Source: a virus (taxonomy: Duplodnaviria; Caudoviricetes). From it: a stretch of 51,315 bases of DNA. The first letter of the stretch is position 1; every line of letters begins with the position of its first letter. The stretch is from IMG/VR virus record IMGVR_UViG_3300027774_000001, positions 1 to 51,315 of that record. One strand, 5' to 3'. The notes under the pieces were generated by a model, which did not search any database, was not told the DNA's origin, and saw nothing but the letters and a program-made list of their open reading frames with translations. The translations under genes and the position numbers were made by a program. Below, piece by piece: positions 1 to 9,900 of this stretch.

Positions 1-1137
1 TGCACCACCAGAGTAACCTACAGGTTTAATCCAATATGTCCCATCTCCTGCACTAGGATTTGCAGCAAGTATTTGCAATGCGTTTGCAGCAGGGTTTCCC
101 GATGATGATCCAATAGTATTATCTAAAGTATCAATAGGATATCTGATAACAACAATACCATTACCACCATTTCCTGCTCGTCTATTTGGATAGCCAGCAC
201 CACCGCCACCTCCGCCAAATCCATTACCACCTGTACCACCGACAATAGTTCCTGCAGCGATACCGCCACCACCTAGTCCGCCAGGTATAACGTCATTAGT
301 TGGGTTATTGCAGTTTGCTCCTGCACCACCACCCGCATAGAATTTATTCATTCCATCTATATCAAATAATAATCCATCTCCTCCATCTCCTCCACGGGGT
401 GCTGATCCATCTTGCCCTTGTTGACCAGCTCCACCGCCACCGCCTCCACCCCAGTCGGGTGATGATGGTGTACAGTTACCACCAAAGTTTCCAAATCCTC
501 CAGATGCAGAACTTGGTTGTAAACCTGGTTGACGTGTCCCAGAGTAAGGGTGACTTCCTCCACCACCACATCCTCCTGCACGTGCATTACCTCTATCGTT
601 ATTACCTCCTGCACCACCGCCACCGCCACCTAGGGCAGTAAATCCATTAAATGAACTATCTCCACCATTGTCACCTTTGGTGTCTTGGTTATAGTATCCA
701 GATCCACCAGATCCTATAACAACTGGAAATGTTCCTACACTAACTGCTACTCCTGACTTATATACTAATCCTCCTGCACCACCGCCACCATTACTACAGT
801 TACCGTCAGAACATCCTCCACCACCGCCACCACCGACGATCATGAAATCCATCTTTGCATCGTTCTGTGTTGCTTGAACATTGAACGTTCCAGAACTTGT
901 AAACTTATGCACTCTAAACAAACCAAAGTCATATACTTGGTTACCACCACTGGCATTAACAGTTGCTTCGTCTAGTTTCTGCCACTTCTGACCATTCCAA
1001 ACCTTCACTGCACCGATAGTAGAATCGTATGCTAGAAATCCTTGTGCTATACCACCTGTAGGTAAGTTGCTAGTGGCATAAGAAGGTAATTGGACACCCG
1101 CCCCTGCGTTAACTGTCCCGACATTCAGAGTTCCCAT
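1..1137 (-). CDS. Glycine-rich (polyglycine-sandwich type) tail adhesin/fibre protein followed by the start of a fibrinogen-like module; 3' end truncated by the window
   Basis: Hand translation from ATG at 1137 (AGGTG RBS upstream) is open to base 1: MGTLNVGTVNAGAGVQLPSYATSNLP...HKFTSSGTF...MIVGGGGGGG...GGGGAGG...GNGGNGIVVIRYP...GSSSGNPAANALQILAANPSAGDGTYWIKP. It is absent from the ORF track because no stop falls in the window. Confidence 0.85.
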   Translation of the reverse strand, partial: MGTLNVGTVNAGAGVQLPSYATSNLPTGGIAQGFLAYDSTIGAVKVWNGQKWQKLDEATVNASGGNQVYDFGLFRVHKFTSSGTFNVQATQNDAKMDFMIVGGGGGGGCSDGNCSNGGGGAGGLVYKSGVAVSVGTFPVVIGSGGSGYYNQDTKGDNGGDSSFNGFTALGGGGGGAGGNNDRGNARAGGCGGGGSHPYSGTRQPGLQPSSASGGFGNFGGNCTPSSPDWGGGGGGGAGQQGQDGSAPRGGDGGDGLLFDIDGMNKFYAGGGAGANCNNPTNDVIPGGLGGGGIAAGTIVGGTGGNGFGGGGGGAGYPNRRAGNGGNGIVVIRYPIDTLDNTIGSSSGNPAANALQILAANPSAGDGTYWIKPVGYSGGA

Positions 1138-1164
1138 TTCACCTATGATTACTTTTACTAGTTA

Positions 1165-1171
1165 TATTTAG
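1165..1171 (-). promoter_or_regulatory. T4-like late promoter variant (CTAAATA)
   Basis: Plus strand TATTTAG at 1165-1171 lies in the intergenic gap about 28 nt upstream of the ATG at 1137. Confidence 0.6.
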
Positions 1172-1234
1172 CGAAAAACCTAATAAGGAAAAATTACCCA
1201 AAAAATTTTTTCTACATATTTGTAATTAAAAATC

Positions 1235-2968
1235 TTATTTTGAAACTACAACTACGTACAAACCATTCCACCACATCGCAGCATCTTCTGGATCGTTCAG
1301 TAGTTCTCTCTCATACAGTATCTTTAATCCATTGTAATCTAAGAATTGTTTTGTGACTTCTACATTCTTTTCTATGTTTGCATCATCAATCACCAGTGTG
1401 AATACATCCTGAGTAAAAGTCAACATGTTAGTAAAGAACTCTACCATTTTCATCTGATCATTATCACCATCATAGAATATAACATTGACATCATGTTTGA
1501 AATCCTTTTTACCTAATTGTGAGGAGTCACCATTTAAAACTTGTATATCAAAGTCTAATGTCTCTGTCGTAATATTTTCTTGTAAGTTTTTAACAAACGT
1601 ATCTACGGTTACATTTTCTAATGATAGTGTAATATCTTCTCTAGCGGGTTGTAAGTTAGGTTGTGACCAGTTATCGTTTGCATATGCAGCAACCATGTCA
1701 TTGTTTTGCACTGCAGCACAAAATGTAGACCCCGCATACACTCCTACTTCAAGATACACTGCACCTTCTTGTGAGCATAGATTATTAAGAAAGTGTCTAA
1801 CTCTAGGTGATGTAAGTCCTTCTACATTATAATATGCACTAGGATCATTTGGATCATATGTTCTATGGTTTGACAGATATTTTCCTGAGTTATTAAATGC
1901 TTCTATACATGTCTCTACTTGTGGATGCATGACAAGTTCTGCCTTCTTCATGTGTGATTGCACTACTGCCTCACAATAATTACAATCCCAACAATCAAAC
2001 TTACAGGTCTTTATTTTCTCTCTCCATAAGACTATTGGAGAATCTTTTATTTTTAATTGTTCTTGATATTTTTTATACTCAGGAAACATATACTCTTCCT
2101 TGTCTGCCCATCTACGTATGAGATCCATGCTTTCTTGCAATCTCATCATACTCTCTCTACCGTGCAGTTTAAATGTATCAATACCAAGTTCTTGCATCTC
2201 CACCCAATCTTCTCTCCATGGTGGTAGGTTTGCTTGCTTAAGATCTGCCTCTGGATGTTCTATGTCCCATGTAGAACAAGACACACGACTTATAGGACTA
2301 GCAAAGAATATGGGATCATCTTTAGTTCTAGTGCTATTATATTGATAATGTTCTGGCATGATAGGACATCCACCCCAACATGTCTCATTGACTAACATAG
2401 AAAGCATGATAGGTTTACCTATAAACTTGCAATAATCTTTTGCTTTCCTGATACGTAATAGTTGGTCACGATCTCTCATAAGATCACGATCTAAGTTTAT
2501 ATAATTAAATCCTGCTTCTGCTAGTGATACTATTTCATTAGGTCTAGTAACTTCTCTAAGTATTGTATTTTTAATAAACAATTCTGGAAACGCTGCCTGT
2601 ATCTGTCCAGTAGAAACCCATGACGTATGTGGCAGTGTCACCACTCTAACTCCAGAGTTGTAGATAGGAGCAAACTCTTTTATCCACAAGTCTAGATTTT
2701 TTTGGTCTGGTCTAATCCATATATTATTAAAGGTTGCTGATAATGGTATGTCAGATTCTGATGAGATATAACATGCAGATTCTGTTAGTGCTTCTGGAGA
2801 CAAAAAGGTATCCCCCATAGCGTCCTGATCAAAGGGAGGGATACGACATGTAAAATAAAGATCTAGTATATATTCTTTGTACTTTTTAAGAAACGGTAGA
2901 AAAGTAGATACTACAAAGTCTTCACTCAGTTTTGGATTTATCGGTAGACTGAAGACTCTTTTGTTCAT
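1235..2968 (-). CDS. Fusion of a peptidase-U32-family (Fe-S hydroxylase-like) domain and a class I SAM-dependent methyltransferase (Methyltransf_24-like)
   Basis: The N-terminal ~345 aa carry INLDRDLMRD, LVNETCWGGCP..H, VSC, FKLHGRE (cf. U32 'KIEGR') and CKFDCWDCNYC. The C-terminal part carries YLEVGVYAGST (motif I), VIFYDGD and LVIDDAN. Confidence 0.75.
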   Translation of the reverse strand: MNKRVFSLPINPKLSEDFVVSTFLPFLKKYKEYILDLYFTCRIPPFDQDAMGDTFLSPEALTESACYISSESDIPLSATFNNIWIRPDQKNLDLWIKEFAPIYNSGVRVVTLPHTSWVSTGQIQAAFPELFIKNTILREVTRPNEIVSLAEAGFNYINLDRDLMRDRDQLLRIRKAKDYCKFIGKPIMLSMLVNETCWGGCPIMPEHYQYNSTRTKDDPIFFASPISRVSCSTWDIEHPEADLKQANLPPWREDWVEMQELGIDTFKLHGRESMMRLQESMDLIRRWADKEEYMFPEYKKYQEQLKIKDSPIVLWREKIKTCKFDCWDCNYCEAVVQSHMKKAELVMHPQVETCIEAFNNSGKYLSNHRTYDPNDPSAYYNVEGLTSPRVRHFLNNLCSQEGAVYLEVGVYAGSTFCAAVQNNDMVAAYANDNWSQPNLQPAREDITLSLENVTVDTFVKNLQENITTETLDFDIQVLNGDSSQLGKKDFKHDVNVIFYDGDNDQMKMVEFFTNMLTFTQDVFTLVIDDANIEKNVEVTKQFLDYNGLKILYERELLNDPEDAAMWWNGLYVVVVSK

Positions 2969-3686
2969 TACCAGTTAGTTGTTCATAAAGTTTGAGATCC
3001 AACTTATCCTCAACACCATCAAATGTTGGAATACGTGGTGCAGACCCGTCAACCATCATCTTATCTATCTGAGGTTTTAGTTCGTTTTGGATCTTACCAA
3101 TACCCGCGTTTAACAAACCAGAGTATTGCATGGCTATATTTAGTGTAGCATATTGATCATCTTCTCGCATCATTGCTATCGAGTCAAGGTTACCTACACC
3201 TATTCTACCTGTGCAGTATACATCCATTGCTGCCTGTTTACCCATACGAGCGATCCAATACTTTCTCTCTTCTTCTTCGTTATATTCTGCAGCTTCGATT
3301 AAGTCTTCCATAGACTTAAAGTTTTTATGTATCCATTGCATGAACGCATCTAACTCGTTGTTTGATTGATGCAATGTTATTTTAAATCTTCCGATGTCAA
3401 GTTTAAACTCATCAATATCACATTGGATAAGTCTTCTACTATATTCATCATCCTCTATTTCCAGTTTTGCTTCTAATGCTTCTATTCTTATTTTCTTTCT
3501 TTCTATGTCTAGAAAAAGTTTTTTCTTTTCGTGGTTACGTGTAGAAACTTCAATCAAGACTTGACGAAGTTTTCTTTTGTCAGTTACGTGGGAATTGACA
3601 ACGAAATTTTTAATTTGTTCATGTGTCATTCCAAAGTCCATATTGTCCTCAACAAAGGACTCTATGGAATCAGATGATAATGTCAT
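2922..3686 (-). CDS. Hypothetical helical/coiled-coil phage protein
   Basis: 254-aa ORF with a charged heptad-like segment followed by EEERKYWIARMGKQAAMD..TGRIGVGNLDSIAMM; overlaps the next gene by 47 bp. Confidence 0.75.
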   Translation of the reverse strand: MTLSSDSIESFVEDNMDFGMTHEQIKNFVVNSHVTDKRKLRQVLIEVSTRNHEKKKLFLDIERKKIRIEALEAKLEIEDDEYSRRLIQCDIDEFKLDIGRFKITLHQSNNELDAFMQWIHKNFKSMEDLIEAAEYNEEEERKYWIARMGKQAAMDVYCTGRIGVGNLDSIAMMREDDQYATLNIAMQYSGLLNAGIGKIQNELKPQIDKMMVDGSAPRIPTFDGVEDKLDLKLYEQLTGNEQKSLQSTDKSKTE

Positions 3687-3689
3687 AGT

Positions 3690-4493
3690 TTAAAATTGTA
3701 AGCCTTGTTTTATAGGTAACGGTGTCCATCCATCTTCTTCGGTTTTTCCTAATTCAATTGCCTGTTGTTGTGGCATAGGAACTCCCAAATATTTTTCCCA
3801 TAGAACGTTAAGTTCTTTTATTGTAGCACAATCTTTAAATTCTTGCTTGAGTGCAACCATTGCTCGGTAAAGTGCTGATACTTTATCTTTGAATGCTGCT
3901 TGTCCCTTAAGAACAGATTTTGCCATTTCTGCTACAGTAACACCTTTGATGGTAGCAAGATTATTTAGGAGAGGAGTCTCACCCTCTAAATTGTTTGCTT
4001 CCTGTATTTGTGTATCCCATAAGAACTGTTCAATCTTAGATTCTTCTGCTTTTAATGCTAAGAATTTTCTATCGTACTCATCCTCAATAATAAGTTTTGC
4101 ACCAAGTTTCATAAACTCTATTGCTGCATCTATCCTTTCTTTTGGTAATACAATTTTTGTCTTAGGTCCTGTCTGTGATACTTTATACTCATCACTAGTT
4201 GATAGTGGGTCTTCATCTGTAACCTTAATCTCTGCACGAATCTCAGCAAAATGTTTTGTACCCCATCTTCCTAAAGATTCTGTAATCTCTTCATAAGAAC
4301 CAGTTAATTTTACAAGTTCTCTCGTCCATTCTTCTTTAACAGAAAATACAACAAGTCCATACATATTCCACATAATGTCAATAGACTCTATTGTGTCAAT
4401 AGAAGGGCAATGTCTAGCGACGTAATACTTACGTTTTTCTGTTCCCTCTAGTATTGCGAGAACCTCTGTATCTAGATTAATTCCGTCAGACAT
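3690..4493 (-). CDS. Hypothetical protein, possible fibre-assembly chaperone
   Basis: 267-aa acidic helical ORF. Its W.TQ..EA...TPLL..LA..KG...AEMA..VL segment resembles tail-fibre assembly-type proteins; it is packed 2-3 nt from its neighbours. Confidence 0.65.
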   Translation of the reverse strand: MSDGINLDTEVLAILEGTEKRKYYVARHCPSIDTIESIDIMWNMYGLVVFSVKEEWTRELVKLTGSYEEITESLGRWGTKHFAEIRAEIKVTDEDPLSTSDEYKVSQTGPKTKIVLPKERIDAAIEFMKLGAKLIIEDEYDRKFLALKAEESKIEQFLWDTQIQEANNLEGETPLLNNLATIKGVTVAEMAKSVLKGQAAFKDKVSALYRAMVALKQEFKDCATIKELNVLWEKYLGVPMPQQQAIELGKTEEDGWTPLPIKQGLQF

Positions 4494-4495
4494 AA

Positions 4496-5671
4496 TTACA
4501 TTCCTGTGTATCCGTATTGTAGATTTCCGAATTCTACTCCTGCAGCAGACGCAGATCCACTGATGCCAGATCTATCCATTCTACTGTCTCTTGTGAAACT
4601 ATGACTTGCATAGGTAAAGAGGTAACCATTGTTATTCTGGTTTCCATCATACTGTCCACAAATAAATCCAAACTCATTACCTGTGTGCATTGATTCCTCA
4701 CCAGTAGTTATACCATTCTTACTTACAGATGCCATACGACCACCATTGTAAGAGTCTCTTAAATGCCAATCACAACTGGTTCTGTATCCTCCACAAGTAT
4801 TCCAGTATGAGAAACCGTTTCTACTTGATAAGGTTTTGTTAGATCCGTCTGTGCCTGGCGAATCTGTCCAGTTAGTATATGATTCTGTAGAGAAGTTAAA
4901 TGCGTATGCACCACCTTGTCTAATCCATCCTACTGTAGCACCTTGTCCACATGAAGGGTTGTTCTGTGATCCACTAGGGTTGTTTGTGGAGTTATTGCTT
5001 GCTTCGGTAGAAAGGTTGTATCTAACTGTACTACTACTGTTACTACCACCTCCATGAACATAAGCATACACAAAGTCTCTACCCATAGCAGAACATCTGT
5101 TTCTACTAGATGACATACTAGACGCAGCACCCGCATTGGATTCTGTGTTCATGTTTATCTTAGAAACATAACTTGATGTAGCATCCCAACTGTTACCTGT
5201 GGCAAAGATGTATGCATTCATGGTAGTGCTAGGTTTACCATCAATATATGCACCTGATTGTGCTGATAGATCTCCTAAGTTTGTTTGTGTAAATGTAGCA
5301 TGAACAAGTCTGTTTACGTTTCTCCAAGACTGTGCTCCACGATATCCACAACAACTAAATCCTCTCGTTATATTAAATCCTGCCTTATATTTTCCTTGCG
5401 AAAATCCTGCTACACCAGATGCACCTTCTCCTGATGTATCCCAATATGCCGAACCAGATGTACCACCTGATCTAAGAACCGCACCTAAATTAGATGCTGT
5501 TTGTGTCGGAAGTGTGACAAATGGTGAACCATTCTGTAAAAGGTCACCACTAAAATCTATATTTCCAACAATTGATATGTTACCTTGAAACGATGCACCG
5601 CCAGTAGGAAATGATACGGTTCCAGAACCGTTTAAATTAGTGACTTCATCAACCTTAATTCTTGACGCCAT
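4496..5671 (-). CDS. Putative virion tip protein with a kelch-like beta-propeller C-terminal region
   Basis: MASRIKVDEV fibre-type N-terminus, a low-complexity linker, then ~40-aa G/S/N/Y-rich repeats (YAYVHGG; INMNTE/YNLSTE/FNFSTE; GFICGQY). Confidence 0.6.
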   Translation of the reverse strand: MASRIKVDEVTNLNGSGTVSFPTGGASFQGNISIVGNIDFSGDLLQNGSPFVTLPTQTASNLGAVLRSGGTSGSAYWDTSGEGASGVAGFSQGKYKAGFNITRGFSCCGYRGAQSWRNVNRLVHATFTQTNLGDLSAQSGAYIDGKPSTTMNAYIFATGNSWDATSSYVSKINMNTESNAGAASSMSSSRNRCSAMGRDFVYAYVHGGGSNSSSTVRYNLSTEASNNSTNNPSGSQNNPSCGQGATVGWIRQGGAYAFNFSTESYTNWTDSPGTDGSNKTLSSRNGFSYWNTCGGYRTSCDWHLRDSYNGGRMASVSKNGITTGEESMHTGNEFGFICGQYDGNQNNNGYLFTYASHSFTRDSRMDRSGISGSASAAGVEFGNLQYGYTGM

Positions 5672-5997
5672 TAGATGTGCACCTCTTCTACTTTTAATTT
5701 ATCTTTATCTACTTTTACAAATAGATTGTGATCACATGCATGATTTATGATGCCCTGTAGATCAAATGATTCTTCATCAGGACAATTAAATTTATCTGGA
5801 GGAATAGCATAAAATTCTTCAAACACAACTTTATCTTTGCTGTCTTTCCATTGTAAAACATAACGGAAACATCCATTAGTCCCTAATACTTTTTTGTTTT
5901 TAATAACTGTTAACTTGATAGCATCATCATACTCTTTACTAGGCACGCTAGGAAGAGATGTTTCTTCACCAAAAATAGTTGTGTCAGAGTTAATCAT
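5671..5997 (-). CDS. Hypothetical protein
   Basis: 108-aa ORF with stop/start overlaps on both sides (ATGA at 5994-5997, shared base at 5671), consistent with translational coupling. Confidence 0.65.
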   Translation of the reverse strand: MINSDTTIFGEETSLPSVPSKEYDDAIKLTVIKNKKVLGTNGCFRYVLQWKDSKDKVVFEEFYAIPPDKFNCPDEESFDLQGIINHACDHNLFVKVDKDKLKVEEVHI

Positions 5998-6932
5998 TTT
6001 ACGTAGTATGCTCCATAGTTGAAATAGTCACCACCAGAACTGTTCCAGAAAGCAGCGTTCTGATAGTTTGCACCATTACCGCCCCAGAAACTTCCAGACC
6101 AACATGCTCCATACCACCATGGTGCTCTGTTGTATAAGTTGGCACAGTTAGCACCATATACGTCTTGGTCTCTATCAGTAGTAGTAAAGTTGTATCCGTT
6201 ATTAATATGATATGACCAAACGCCAGGTGTGCCTCCTAACTCTACGTTCAAGTTTGATTCACCAACCCAGTCATAGTTGGTTCCCCAACCAGTCCAAGTC
6301 CATCTTGCTCTCTTAGAGTGAGATCCAGTAGATCCTAATGGAACTGGAGATCCCGCAACGTAGAATACGACATTTCTTCCTACATTATTATTTGCTGCAA
6401 TGTCATTCCAAGCATTTAATCCTGCCCAAAGTGTATATTGTTTAGGATCTCCAGATCCATATACACCACCATTAGCATACCATTGAGTAGAGGTTGCTGC
6501 CTGAGCATATGTCAATGCACCAATACTAACATTAAATGGATGACTTCCAACAAGACTCCATCCACCACCATCATATACTGTGTCAATCCATACTTGTTTA
6601 GGAGTACCACCAACTTGAACCCAATACCATCCTGTAGAAGGATTAGCAAGAGCAGTCATAACATCAGTTGCTTTTGCAAGTGCCTTTTCAGCAGAACTTC
6701 CGTCTGGTTTTTCTTCCCCTATCGCAATCCATTTTACTCCAGTATACGCTTCAAATCTACCTAACTCACTGTTCCAACCTATCTGTCCTATCTCACCCGA
6801 AGGTCTAGTAGATGTTGTCCATTCTGGTAATTTTATTGTGCCATCAATTCTTAGTTGATGACCATTAGGTAATCTAACATTATTAGCATAGGTTGATAAA
6901 CCCTGTATATCGTGAACGTTAATTGTGCTCAT
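5994..6932 (-). CDS. Fibrinogen C-terminal (FReD)-like domain virion/receptor-binding protein
   Basis: GWYWV....VWIDTVYDGGGWSLV and FTTTDRDQD...NCANLYNRAPWWYGACW match fibrinogen-domain motifs (GGGW; FST.DRDND..NCA...WWY..C). The N-terminus carries the fibre motif LP.WTT.TRP..G.IGWN....FE.Y.G..W. Confidence 0.8.
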   Translation of the reverse strand: MSTINVHDIQGLSTYANNVRLPNGHQLRIDGTIKLPEWTTSTRPSGEIGQIGWNSELGRFEAYTGVKWIAIGEEKPDGSSAEKALAKATDVMTALANPSTGWYWVQVGGTPKQVWIDTVYDGGGWSLVGSHPFNVSIGALTYAQAATSTQWYANGGVYGSGDPKQYTLWAGLNAWNDIAANNNVGRNVVFYVAGSPVPLGSTGSHSKRARWTWTGWGTNYDWVGESNLNVELGGTPGVWSYHINNGYNFTTTDRDQDVYGANCANLYNRAPWWYGACWSGSFWGGNGANYQNAAFWNSSGGDYFNYGAYYVK

Positions 6933-9900
6933 TTATACTACACTCCAAGAACCACCGTTATTAACTGTTATGGTGACACCATTATTTATAGTGATAGGAC
7001 CAGCGGACATACAGTTATCTCCGTTGTTAACACTAATGTTTTCATTAACACTATTACGGTTTCTCCTAAAGACTCCGTATGTATCAATCCATAACTTGTC
7101 TCCACCAGCTCTTAATACTGTTGACTTCTGACCAGATGATAGACCCTCAGATGCATTTATGTTAATACCATTTAACTGATTAACTTGGATACCATATGTT
7201 GTCTGTGATTGATCACTTCCTGAGTAAATTGTCCAAGTACCACTACCTGTAAGTGAACCAATACCAGTGTCATTATCACTTCTAAAGAAGTAGGCATCAC
7301 CTGTTCTGAAGTATGTATGACTATTGTTAGAGAAGTAGAATCTGTCCTGACCACCATCATCTTGAATCCATACGTTAACTCTTCCTTGTAAGTATGGAAG
7401 ACCTAATGCAGTATAACCATCAAGTAAATCTGCGTTAAGATTAGGACATACAGTTGTAGAAGTAACAGAGATTGGTGCAGTACCAGTTGCGATGCTAGAT
7501 GAAATTTGTTTCTCAGTTCTTAATACTTCCTTGATTGTTACACCACCATCTCCTCTAAGATGCATACCCTCAATAGGTGTACCATTAGTATCAACTCTAA
7601 AACGAATAGCAGCAGAAGAATTAGCAAGACCAGTGTATACCTGATCAAAGTAGAAGTCTCCAACGCTATTGTCATAACGCATTAAGAAACCTTCACTTGT
7701 GCTATTTGCTTGACCAGTAAATCTAATCTGAGGATCAGCATTATTGTTAGTGCTAGATGTTCCTGCAGTAATTCTAAGTTCAGCAGTTGATCCACTATCA
7801 CTGTAAAGGTGAAGTAGTGTGCTTGGATTATTTGCCTGATTACCAATACCTACACTCTCACCTCTCATTACTAGAGTGGTGTTAGTAGCACTGGTTCCAT
7901 AATACATATAGGTTCCACTATATCCAAAGTATTTGGAGTCACTACCAAATCTTATAAAACCTTCAGATGATGAATTCTTACCTTGAATTGCTAATGTATT
8001 TGTAGCAGACTTACCAAGAGTAATACCATTGCCATCTGCAAGACTTAATGTTCCTGCACCGTTGTTAGTGAAGAAACCTTGATCACCATGAAGATCATTA
8101 ACATATAAGTGTCCTGATGAGTCTCTACGTGCAATTGTGTTACCTGTAGCACCCGCAGACTGAACATAACCATCTAAGTAATGAGCGTCTAGTTGAGATG
8201 ATATACCATCGTTTCCACTATGCCATACTGTGTTACCGTTAAAGGTAAAGTCTGCAGCGTTAAATCTGATTGTTCCATTACCATCTGTGCCATTACCACC
8301 AGAGACGATCATTTGAACGTCATAGTTTGGTGCCTGACCAGATGATCTAAAGTCTATTGTTGGTGTTGTAGATACTGTTGCTTTACCAATCTGTAACTTA
8401 GCACCATTTGCATTATCACGTAATCCAATAATTGTGCTAGATCCACCAGAGATCTTGTTAGATGATGATACTGTCCATTTTGTGCCAGGATTAGGACCGA
8501 AGACATATATGTTTGCGTTAGTGTTATTACCAACAAATGCTATCGTACCAGTTACAAGTGAATATATTTCACCAGTGCTATGTGTAAGTTCTTGAACACC
8601 ACCAGATGAATCAACTACGATTGAACCAATGTTGTTTGTTGCACCTACGTCAGAGTAGATAGTGTAAGTTCCACCATTGTTGATGTTACCACCAACACCA
8701 CTATTACAATGGAAATCAGGAATGTATAGTGTAAATTTATTACCTGTGTCATTAACAAAGAAGTTCTCAAAGACCATCTTGTTTTGACCAAGAACTTCTG
8801 GTAAGAACATGTCACCAATAGGTGCTGTGATACCACCACGTGTGTCACCTATGTTGTAACCTGTCTGATACCATAGACCTTGTTTTCCATCCATCTTGTC
8901 GGAATCAAGACCACTTCCTGCACCTTGATTAGATTCTGACCAGATCTTGAACCAGTTAGAGTAAACTGCAAGACCACCGCCATTACCTCTGATGTAAAGA
9001 TTGTTATTATCTGTAAATCCTAATTGTGTAGAAGCATTACCTGTTGCTTCTCTTCTGTATGTTACGACACCATGTGTAGAACCACCATCATTAAGACCAT
9101 CAGCACTGTTGTTTCTAAGTGCAGCAGCAACACCATTAGCTGCAGCAGCAGGAGCAGGGTTTGATGTGAGTGATGCAGTCTCGTTAAAGATTCTGTTTGC
9201 AGTGTCAGCAGTACCAGATATTGATATATTGTATGTGGTGTTTGCAAGTCTTGCGGGGTCTAATGTACCGAATACTATATTGTTTGCTGTCTGATAGAAT
9301 GAACCATCGTTACCATCAAGTTTGTCAGCGTTAAGTTCAGATCCTGCACCTTGGTCAATAGAAACATTACCATTGTTGTCAATAATAAATCCACCTTGAT
9401 CTTGGTTACCAACCGCTTGGTTCGTTACATCTTTTCTAAATCTGAATACACCGTAGTTACCATAAACAGAGGAACTTGCTGTTAGGTTATTACCTTTTCT
9501 AATATCAACTTCGATGTTACCATAGTAACGATTGATTGTTCCTTTATTAGCAGCAAGTATAGCACCGTTACCACCACCAAGTTCACTTGGTATTACAACT
9601 GAGAAATCACCTGTGTATCCTGTACCTGAGTCAGTAACAGTTGCAGATGTAATAGTTCCGCCAGATACAATATATGTTGCACGAGCAACGTTGTCACTAC
9701 TAATGGATATGTTACCACCGTCCATCGGTATGTTCTGGTAAGTTCCGTTTGTATATCCTGTACCACCGTTAGTAATTGTAATCGTGTCAATGTAACTACT
9801 ATCTGATAGAGAACCACCAATAACCATTGCATCTTGTGTAGTAGCTCTGATTGCTTGTAATGCATACTCCCATGATGAGTCACCACGTAAGAAACTGAAT

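Noticed and set aside
300-641. His/Leu-rich 113-aa plus-strand ORF and overlapping 357-629 minus ORF
   Set aside because: Both are shadow frames of the GGT/GGA glycine codons of the real minus-strand gene at 1-1137.
1235-1935. Methyltransferase domain as a CpcM-like Asn methylase for the PGGN-containing module
   Set aside because: Motifs fit a Methyltransf_24-like family and only one module retains PGGN; nothing in the sequence links the two.
1936-2968. Annotation as a collagenase/protease
   Set aside because: The U32 'peptidase' label is historical; characterised members are Fe-S hydroxylases, and the cysteine pattern here fits that better.
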